NCBI GenBank assembly: GCA_963752285.1
Contig: CAVVXN010000002.1
Location: 455,116-519,115 of the forward strand
DNA: 64,000 nt
Direction: 5' to 3'
Origin: an uncultured Planctomycetota bacterium
Lineage (GTDB): Bacteria > Planctomycetota > PLA2 > JAEUHO01
Each line of letters starts with the position of its first letter. The first letter of the stretch is position 1. Under the pieces are notes generated by a model. It had not been told where the DNA came from. It did not search any database and worked only from the letters and a program-made list of their open reading frames with translations. Both the position numbers and the translations under genes were made by a program. Below, one piece after another: positions 24,607 through 32,700 of this stretch.

Positions 24607-27186
24607 TCAGGGCGCGTGGTACGCGTGGCTCTCGCGGTAGAGCGCGAGGCGCTGTTGCAGCCCCTGGACGAGCGGGCTCGTGCTGCCGTCGATGAGACGA
24701 AGCCCTTGTTCGGCCGCGTGCGCGGCGTCTTCGTAGCGGCCGCTCTCGGCCAGCGCGGCGGCGAGGGCGTCGAACGGTTCGGGACGAGCGCCCTTGCTGA
24801 CCTCCACGGCGTGCTGCGCCAGCGCGACGGCGCGCGCGCCGTCGCGGATGTTCGCGTCGGGCGAGGTGGAGAGCAGCCACGCCAGCATCGAGAGGGCCCG
24901 CACGTCGTCTGGAGCGCCCGCGACGAGGCTCTGGAGCTGGGTCTTCACGTCCTCGGCGCGCTGGAGGCGGCTGTAGACGGTCACGAGCCCCCATCGGGAG
25001 AGCGGGTCGTCGGGCTTCGCCGCGAGCGCCTTGTGGTAGTAGGCCGCCGACTCCTCGAGGCGCCCGACCTGTTCGAGGGCTTGGCCGGCGTTCTGCATGG
25101 CCCCCACGAGGCTCGGGTCGAGGCGCAGGGCCGCGAAGAGGTGGGGGATCGCGTCCTTCGGCCGCTGGAGCGCCATGTAGGCCGTCCCGAGGTTGTTCTC
25201 GGCGAACACGTTCTTCGGATCGAGCTCGAGCGTGCGGCGGTAGTTCTGGATCGCTTCGTCCCAGCGACCGACGTGGCTCAGCGCCTCGCCGAGGTTCAGG
25301 TACGCCTTCGTGAAGTCGGGCTCGATCGCGATCGCCTTCTCGAGGAGCGGGATCTCGTCGGCGTACTTCCCCTCGCGCTTCAGGTCCGTCGCCTCCCAGA
25401 AGTACCGCTGGTGCTCGACCGCGGGCACCTCGATGTGCTGCAACGCGTCGTACGGGGCGTTCATGAACTCGGGGATGTTCACGGCGCGGTTGGCCGCCGT
25501 CGAGCCCGGGACGAGGATCGCCGGGGTGTCGTTCCCGTCCGCGTCCACGTGCGTCAGGAACATCTGCGTGTACGGCGTGTTGACCTTCGACGAGAACACG
25601 AGCCAGCGCGAGTTGGGCGACCACGAGTGCCACGAGTTCATGCTGTTCGTGTTGCACCGCATCTCGCGGACCTCGCCGCCCTCGAAGGGCACGATGCACA
25701 GCCGGCCGTCCGGACGCATCAGCTGCCCGTTCTGGCACCTCGTGAAGACGATCCACCTCCCGTCCGGCGAGACCTTCGGGAACGTGTTGCTCCAGCCGTT
25801 CGCGCTGGCGCCGCGGATCGGTTCGGCGTCGCCGGCCGGCTGTCCGCCCCGGAACGGGACCCGGTACAGGTCGTACTGGATCTTGGGCTCGTTGGGGTCG
25901 TTCGGGTGGGTGGCCAGCGGGAGGCCCGAGGCGTAGGGGTCGAACGCCCGGGCGCGGGCGAACACGATCCACTTGCCGTCGGGGCTCCAGACGCCGTCCG
26001 TGTGGACGTACTCGGGGTCGTCGGCCCCGGGCACCGCCTTCATCTCGCCGTTCGAGCGGTCGTAGTACGCGAGGATCCCCCGCGTGGGATAGAAGACCTG
26101 CAGGTAGCGGTAGTCGAGGAAGTTCGAGACGTAGAGCGCCTCGTTCAACGTCGTGATCACGTACCGGCCGTCCGGGGACACGCGGGACAGGAACCCGATC
26201 GTCTTGTGGCCCTTCGGCTTGTTCGCGTACGAGTTCCACGTGATGACGTCGTCGATGTCGATCCGCATCTGGGGCGACACGGCCTTGATGGCGTAGGTGC
26301 CCTTGTCGCCCTGGGGACCGTCCACGTCCATGCCGAACGTCTTTCCGTCGCGTGAGAACGAGTGGCAGTTTCCGCACGACGGCATGTGCGTCAGGACGAG
26401 CCGCGTCTCGGGCCGCGTGATGTCGCGCAGTCGCCACGCGATCCTCGGGATCGCGTTCTGGCCGAGGGGCTGGATCTGCCCGCGCTCGCCCTTGCCCGGC
26501 ATGAGCGGGACGTCGCGGTAGAAGATGGGTGCGCCGACCGGGTCGGTCGAGGTCTGGATCCCGACCGCGCCGCGCGACAGGGGCTGGTCGGGCGCGTCGG
26601 ACCGGTAGCCCACCCAGCGCACCTGGGCCGGCGCCGACGTGCTGCGCCGCTGGATCTCGTCCCACACGGCGCGCGCCGGCGTCCACGAACGGGCGGACGC
26701 CTGGTACGGAGTCGGCTGGTAGACCTCGTTCGTGTCGCCGAGCGCTTCCGGGTCCACCTCGCCTTGCGGGGGCGGGGCCCCGGGGACCACCGCGTGGATC
26801 GGCCGCGCTCCCGGATCCTCGAAGCGGATCTCGACGAGCCAGGTGTCCGCCTGGGTCTCGTCGTGCCAGAGGAAGGTAGGCGGCACCATCCCCGGAGGGA
26901 ACACCGAGCCGTCCCGGGGATCGTCTACCACCACGCTCGCCTCGCCCCCGGCCGGGGTCCCGAGCGCCTCGGCCTCGGCCCGCACCATCGCCGTCGCCGC
27001 GCCGTCGTCCGCGAGCACGCCGCCCGCGTCCCACAGCGGGTCGTGAGAGGCGGCCTCGACCCCGCCCATCGCCCTGCCCTCGGCGCCCGCGGGGGCGGTC
27101 GCCTCCCCCCGCCCGCAGGCGACCAGCAGCCAGGAGGCCGCCGCGGCCAGGAACAGACGGCGGAGGCGAGGCGGGGAATCGGTCAT
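24607..27186 (-). CDS. Lipoprotein with one CXXCH, a TolB/PD40-like beta-propeller and C-terminal TPR repeats
   Basis: In-frame ATG at 27186 of ORF 24607..28632, with lipobox LLVAC and the haem motif CGNCH. PD40-like repeats are SPDGRYV, SPDGKWIVF, SPDGRWIVF and SPNSRWLVF. TPR-like repeats include AYLNLGEAL...AIQNYRRTLELDP. Confidence 0.8.
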   Translation of the reverse strand: MTDSPPRLRRLFLAAAASWLLVACGRGEATAPAGAEGRAMGGVEAASHDPLWDAGGVLADDGAATAMVRAEAEALGTPAGGEASVVVDDPRDGSVFPPGMVPPTFLWHDETQADTWLVEIRFEDPGARPIHAVVPGAPPPQGEVDPEALGDTNEVYQPTPYQASARSWTPARAVWDEIQRRSTSAPAQVRWVGYRSDAPDQPLSRGAVGIQTSTDPVGAPIFYRDVPLMPGKGERGQIQPLGQNAIPRIAWRLRDITRPETRLVLTHMPSCGNCHSFSRDGKTFGMDVDGPQGDKGTYAIKAVSPQMRIDIDDVITWNSYANKPKGHKTIGFLSRVSPDGRYVITTLNEALYVSNFLDYRYLQVFYPTRGILAYYDRSNGEMKAVPGADDPEYVHTDGVWSPDGKWIVFARARAFDPYASGLPLATHPNDPNEPKIQYDLYRVPFRGGQPAGDAEPIRGASANGWSNTFPKVSPDGRWIVFTRCQNGQLMRPDGRLCIVPFEGGEVREMRCNTNSMNSWHSWSPNSRWLVFSSKVNTPYTQMFLTHVDADGNDTPAILVPGSTAANRAVNIPEFMNAPYDALQHIEVPAVEHQRYFWEATDLKREGKYADEIPLLEKAIAIEPDFTKAYLNLGEALSHVGRWDEAIQNYRRTLELDPKNVFAENNLGTAYMALQRPKDAIPHLFAALRLDPSLVGAMQNAGQALEQVGRLEESAAYYHKALAAKPDDPLSRWGLVTVYSRLQRAEDVKTQLQSLVAGAPDDVRALSMLAWLLSTSPDANIRDGARAVALAQHAVEVSKGARPEPFDALAAALAESGRYEDAAHAAEQGLRLIDGSTSPLVQGLQQRLALYRESHAYHAP

Positions 27187-27272
27187 CGGGTGGCTCCGGA
27201 TCCGCTCCGACTGTACGAGGAAGCGGGGCGCCGGGGGTCGGCGGCGGGGACCGGTCCTGAACGGCCGGGTCG

Positions 27273-28049
27273 TCAGTCGAAGACTGCGGCGATGTCCTCG
27301 GTGGACGCGCCCTCGGTGGTCCGCCGGAGGTCGTGGTACGCCACCGCGGCGGTCGTGCCCTGCCAGATCGCGAACACGGCGGAGAGTGCGATCTGTAGGA
27401 GCTGGAGGCGACGGAGCTGGGCGAACGTCTGGTGCGACATCGAGGTCTGCAGCAGGTAGGCCCCCAGCCACGACGACCCGCCGACCACGAGCAGGATCGC
27501 GAAGACGCGGAGCCGGTTCCCCTGCGTCAGCAGGTCGCTCCGGGCGATGGCCCGGAGCGGGCCCCTCCCCTCGACCACCGCGGCCGGCACCGCGACGTAG
27601 AAGCGGCAGGCGAGGTACGCGATGGCCGCGACACACAGGTAGTAGAGGCCGCGCGACCCGCTGAGCACCGCGGGGAGCGCGAGGAACAGGTAGATCAGCA
27701 TGAGGAACAGCGCGACACCGAGCACGGGGAGGAGGCGACGGATCCCCATGCCCACGGTTCGGAAGGCGGACGCCGGGTCGCCTCGAAGCTGACGGAACAC
27801 GCCGAACGCCACGCACGCCTGGACGAGGAGGGGAAGGAGGTACTCGAGCATCCCCCCGAGACCGAGCAGGAACAGCAGGCTCCCACGTCCCCGCGACCCA
27901 TCCCAGTGCTCGATGCGATCGAGGAGCCAGACCCGGTACAGGGCGAGCGGCGCGTAGACCACCGCGGCCAGCACGAGGAACGCCGGCGCGTTTCGGACGG
28001 TCGCCAGGACCCCCTGCCCCAACGCGCGGCCCGGGGAGACGCGACCCAC
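27273..28049 (-). CDS. Polytopic membrane protein, unknown function (start uncertain; maximal ORF reaches 28322)
   Basis: Track ORF 27273..28322 has 6-7 TM helices. The first ~90 codons of the maximal ORF are Arg/Pro-rich. That start would leave only 8 bp to the divergent gene at 28331, so I prefer the GTG at 28049. Confidence 0.6.
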   Translation of the reverse strand: MGRVSPGRALGQGVLATVRNAPAFLVLAAVVYAPLALYRVWLLDRIEHWDGSRGRGSLLFLLGLGGMLEYLLPLLVQACVAFGVFRQLRGDPASAFRTVGMGIRRLLPVLGVALFLMLIYLFLALPAVLSGSRGLYYLCVAAIAYLACRFYVAVPAAVVEGRGPLRAIARSDLLTQGNRLRVFAILLVVGGSSWLGAYLLQTSMSHQTFAQLRRLQLLQIALSAVFAIWQGTTAAVAYHDLRRTTEGASTEDIAAVFD

Positions 28050-28330
28050 GCCGCGGCGGCCTTGGTGCCGCCGAGAGACCGGTGCGCGGACGGGTCCCGG
28101 TCGCTTCGGCGTGGCGGATCCCGTCGGCCGTTCGGTGTCGTCCACGGCGCTCCCCTGCCCAGGCCCCTCGGAGGGACGAGCGAAGATACGCCCGCGCCGC
28201 TTCGAGGGCACGCGTGGCCTCTTTGGACCGCGCGGCACGCGCCCACGGACCCACCTCGGGGACCCCGCGCCCCCCGGGCGCCCGCGCCTCGGGGTTGACG
28301 GGGTCCCGGCCCTCGCCTTCACTTGGCGCC

Positions 28331-29764
28331 ATGGCGTCCGGGGCGCGGGTGGTCCGAGTATTCGTCTCCTCCACCTCGGAGGACCTGAAGGACCACCGGG
28401 CGGTGGCCCGGAACGTCATCATGGACCTCGGCTGGCAGCCGAAGATGATGGAGCACTTCGGCTCGAGCCCCCACGCGACGGTGGTCGCGTGCCGGGAGGA
28501 GCTCGGACGCTGCGACCTGATGCTCCTGGTGGTCGCCTGGCGCCGGGGGTGGGTGCCGACCCCGCAGCAGGGCGGCGACGGGACCGAGTCGATCACCGCG
28601 ATGGAGCTCCGGCACGCCCGGGAGCGCGGCATCCCCGTTCTGCCGCTCTTCGCCAGCGAGACCTGGCCCGGGAACCTCTGGGAGGACGACGCGGACGCGC
28701 GCGTCTGGATGAAGTCGTTCCGTCAGAACCTGAACCAGCCGGCCGTGTTCTTCGACTACGAGCCGCTGACCGCCCAGGAGACGGAACGGCTGCCGGCCTT
28801 CCGGGCGAAGGTGAAGGAGGCGCTCCTCGCCGAGAAGGAGCGGCTGCTCGCCCGGGTGGGCGGCGGGCAGGGTGCGCCCGAGCTCGACTACTTCGAGAGC
28901 GCGCGGGACGGCCTCTGCGACGGCACGGACGTCCCCTTCGTGGGGCCCGGGGTCTATGGGGACGGGCCGCTCGGGCGCGAGGCCCTGATGGACGCGCTCG
29001 CCGGAGAGGACGTCGGGGAGGAGGTCCAGTCGATCGCCACGGCGGCCGAGTACCGCGAGCGGTACCTGGGGTCGCGAGAGCACCTCCTCCGCCACCTGGC
29101 GCGCCTCCTCTCGGAGCAGACCGCTCGCACCGAGCCGCTGCCGATCCACGACCTGCTCGTCGGCCTGGAGCGTCTGCCGCTCGTCGTCTCGACGTGCTCG
29201 GACGAGGTGCTCGAGAACCGTCTCCGCGAGGCCGGGCGGCCGTTCGTGCTCGTGAGCCACGTGGTGCGCTCGTACAGCGGCGAGCACGACGGCAAGGTCG
29301 TGGTCGTCCCGCCGGAGGGCGAGCCACGGTTCTTGCCGGCCGACGAGCTCACGCTCGACGAGGCGTGCACGGTGGTCTACAAGCCCGTCGGCTCGCCGTA
29401 TCTGAACGACCGCCTCGACGAGGACGGCGAGATCGACACGGTGATGATCACGGAGACCGACCACGTCGCGTTCCTGCAGCGGCTCGACAACGAACGCACG
29501 GGGGTCCCGAAGCGATTCGCCATCAAGTTCGCGCGGCGGCCCCTCCTCTTCCTGGGCTACGCGCTCGACGTCTGGCAATACCGCCTCATGATGCACGTCT
29601 TCCAGTCCGCACACCGGCAGGCGCGCCGGTCCACGACGATCGCCGTCCGGCGTCCCGGCTCCGTGATCGAGCAGCTCGCGTGGAAGCGCCTGAACGCGGA
29701 CCTGGTGCCGATGGACCCGAACGAGTTCGCCCGCGCCGTCCTCGGCGGCGCGGCGGCCCGATGA
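28331..29764 (+). CDS. DUF4062-like N-terminal domain fused to a SIR2_2-like domain (477 aa)
   Basis: In-frame ATG at 28331 of ORF 28082..29764. VRVFVSSTSEDLKDHRAVARNVIMDLGW...CDLMLLVVAWRRGW matches the DUF4062 pattern. FVGPGV, VVSTCSDEVLENRL, VYKPVGS, MITETDHVAFL and LLFLGYALDVW match the SIR2_2 pattern. Confidence 0.75.
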   Translation: MASGARVVRVFVSSTSEDLKDHRAVARNVIMDLGWQPKMMEHFGSSPHATVVACREELGRCDLMLLVVAWRRGWVPTPQQGGDGTESITAMELRHARERGIPVLPLFASETWPGNLWEDDADARVWMKSFRQNLNQPAVFFDYEPLTAQETERLPAFRAKVKEALLAEKERLLARVGGGQGAPELDYFESARDGLCDGTDVPFVGPGVYGDGPLGREALMDALAGEDVGEEVQSIATAAEYRERYLGSREHLLRHLARLLSEQTARTEPLPIHDLLVGLERLPLVVSTCSDEVLENRLREAGRPFVLVSHVVRSYSGEHDGKVVVVPPEGEPRFLPADELTLDEACTVVYKPVGSPYLNDRLDEDGEIDTVMITETDHVAFLQRLDNERTGVPKRFAIKFARRPLLFLGYALDVWQYRLMMHVFQSAHRQARRSTTIAVRRPGSVIEQLAWKRLNADLVPMDPNEFARAVLGGAAAR

Positions 29765-32700
29765 CCGACGACGCGATGCGAGCGTCCGACGGCCCCGTGG
29801 ACCGCGCGTCCGCGAGCCGCGGTGTCGAGGAGGGTGACGACGGCCGGGCCCCCAGGATCGCGCCGCGCGAGGCGCAACCGTACGTGGGCCTCCGTCCGTT
29901 CGAGCGGGAGGAGAGCCACCTCTTCTTCGGCCGCGAGCGGGACGCCCAGATCCTCGAGGACAAGATCCTCTCCGCGCGTCTCACCGTGCTCTACGCGCAG
30001 TCCGGCCTCGGGAAGTCGTCCCTGCTCCGCGCGCTCGTGGTGCCGCGGCTCGAGGAGAACGAAGCCCTCGTCGTCGAGTTCGACGCGTGGGCGCAGTCGG
30101 ATCCGCTCGCGGCGTTGAAGGAGACGCTCGCCGGCGAGGCGGAGGGCCTCGGCGTCCCCGACGCCGGCCTCGGCGCGCCGACGCTGCTCGAGCTCGCGCG
30201 ATTGATCCAGACCGCCACCGACCGGAGCCTCGTCCTCGTCCTCGACCAGTTCGAGGAGCTCCTCGTCCACCACGGTCGCTCGATCGAGCCGCTGCGCCGC
30301 GAGCTGGCCGCGCTCGTGAGCTCGCGGGCGGTGGACGTCCACGTCCTGCTCTCGCTGCGGGAGGAGTTCCTCGGCGCGCTCCAGCCGTTCCGCCAGGCGA
30401 TGCTCGGCCTCTTCCAGTCCACGTACCGGCTGGAGGGCCTCGCCCCGGACGGGCTCCGCGACGCGATCGTCGAGCCGGCCCGGCTCTCGGGCGGCGCGTG
30501 CGACCCCGGGCTCGTCGAGGCGCTCGCGAAGGACCTCCGTTCCGAGGCGCAGGACGAGACCGGCGGCGAGCCGACGGGCGCGTCCGTCGAGCTCCCGATG
30601 CTGCAGCTCGTGTGCGCCGAGCTCTGGCAGGCCGCGACCTCGGTCGGGAGCCGCCACCTGACCGAGGACCTGTACCGCGCGCGCGGCGGCGCCGAGCGGA
30701 TCCTCGCCGACTACGTGCGGAGCGTGATGCCGCGTCGCGCTTCGCAGCGCCGCGTCGTGGCCCGGCTCCTGCGGCTCCTCGCGCCGCCGAGCGGCCTCAA
30801 GATGGCGTACACCGAGGAAGACCTCGCCTCGACCACGGGCATCGGCCTCTCGCGCGTCCGCGAGGTGCTCGACCGTCTGGCGGCCGCGCGCATCCTGCGG
30901 ACGCGGGAGGACCGCGCGGGCGTCCGATACGAGCTCCAACACGACGCGTTCATCGGCGTGGTCGGGCCCTGGCGCGACGACGTCCTCCGGCGCGCGCACC
31001 GGCGAAGGGTCGCGACGTGGATCCTCGCCACGGCCGCGATCGTCGCTGCGGGGACTTGGGGCTTCTGGACCTTTCGTCTGGGGCAGGAGCAGAAGGAGAA
31101 CCGGCTCCTCCTCGACCGCCAGCGCGCGACGGCGGAGCGGGAGCAGGCGCGCGCGGAGCAGGCCGCCGTGGACCGCTGGCTCGCGGGCGACGCCCTCGAC
31201 GAGCTCGCGCGCGGCGACGACGCGGCGAGCGAGGGAAAGCGCGGGAGCCGGCTCGACATGCTCGCCGGCTACCTCCTCTGGCCGCGCGAGGGCTCGGCGC
31301 GGATCGACGACCTCGCCGCGGTGCTCCAGCGGCACGAGGACCTGATTCCCGAGCGCTACGGCGTCGCGACGGCGGGCATCGACGAGCTCGACCTCCCGCC
31401 CCGCGAGTGGCCCCTCTCGCTCGCGGTCGCGCCCGACCGGAAGGTGGACGCTCCGCTCTTCGGGCTCGAGTGGCGTCGGCTCGCGCGGCTCGTCAACCAG
31501 CAGCGGGGCGTCCCCACGCCGCTCCGGATCCGCGTCGTTCACGACGCGGACCTGTCCGGCGAGGACGTCCGCCTGGAGGCGGCGGGCGCCGACCCCGTGA
31601 CCTTCGCGGTCGCTCGCCAGGAGGGACGCGCGCTCCTCGACGTGCCCGAGGGCGGGCTCGGCGAGCCCGCGCGGGGGTTCTACGAGCGATTCGGCGCCGG
31701 GTGGCCGACGCTCTCGACGAGCTCCACCTCGCGCATCGTCCCGCGGTGGACCCTCCCCGTGTGGCACGTCACCGGCTACGCCGTCGAGAGCGGGAGCGCG
31801 ATCACCGCCTACCGCGTGCTCAAGGAGGCCCTCGACCGCGCGGATCCGCTGCTCTCGCCGGCGGCGGTCGAGCACCTCCTCCGGCGCGCGGCCGCCGTCG
31901 CGCCGCGCACGGTGGCCGAGGTCCGCGCGGCGCGCGGCGATCGTCTCCCGCGCGACCTGGCGACGTGGGTGCGCCGCGGCCACGCGCTCGATCGCCCGGC
32001 CGAGCTCTTCGACGTGCTCGCCGACCGCGTGGCCGGCTCGTCCGAGGAGATCGCCGACGCGTGGGCGGAGGACGGCGTCCTCGACACGGCGAGCGGCGCG
32101 CCCGATCTCCACGGGCCGTGGCGCGGACCGCCGCCCGCCGACCTCGGCGAGGAACCGCCGGCGTACCGCGACACGAGCGCTTGGCTGCCCGTCGTCGGTC
32201 AACCGGTGCGCGTCGAGGCGGGCCCGGACCTCGAACCGTCGTGGTTCGACGACGATCGGCTGCGACCGGATCTCGTGGAGGCCATCGAGGCCGCGCGAGA
32301 CGAGTCGCACCGTCGCTACGGCATCGAGCTGCCGGGGATCCGGTTCCGCTCCGAGGACGCGCCGGGCCACGTGGGCGCGGGGTCGTTCCGCGTCGAGGTG
32401 TTCGACGAGGACGCGACGAGCCCCGAGGCCCCGGCCGTGACGCCGGAGGCCGGCGCCGCGCTCGCCCGGCTCGGGCGCGCGCTCGACGTGCGAGCCGCGT
32501 GCTGGCGCGTGCACTGGCTGACGGCGGAGGTCGTCCACGACCTCGAGGCCGAGACGCACCCGGCCGTGGCGAAGTGGCTCGACGCGCGCTACGCGCTGAC
32601 CGACCTGAAGGTGCTGCTCCGCGGCGTGCTCTCCCCCGACCCCCGGGAGGTCGCCGCGCTCCGCGCGGCCGAGGCGGGCGACGGACGGCTCCCCGACCCG

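Noticed and set aside
28050-28322. Arg/Pro-rich N-terminal extension of the membrane protein (maximal ORF start at 28322)
   Set aside because: That start would leave only 8 bp between divergent start codons and would add ~90 residues of low-complexity sequence. An internal GTG at 28049, just before the first TM helix, is more plausible, though unproven.
28111-29760. N-terminal 550 codons of the 2128-aa ORF (STAND gene extended upstream)
   Set aside because: This part overlaps the well-supported DUF4062/SIR2-like gene in a different frame and is Arg/Pro/Gly-rich. The STAND signature begins right after the ATG at 29761, which overlaps the upstream stop.
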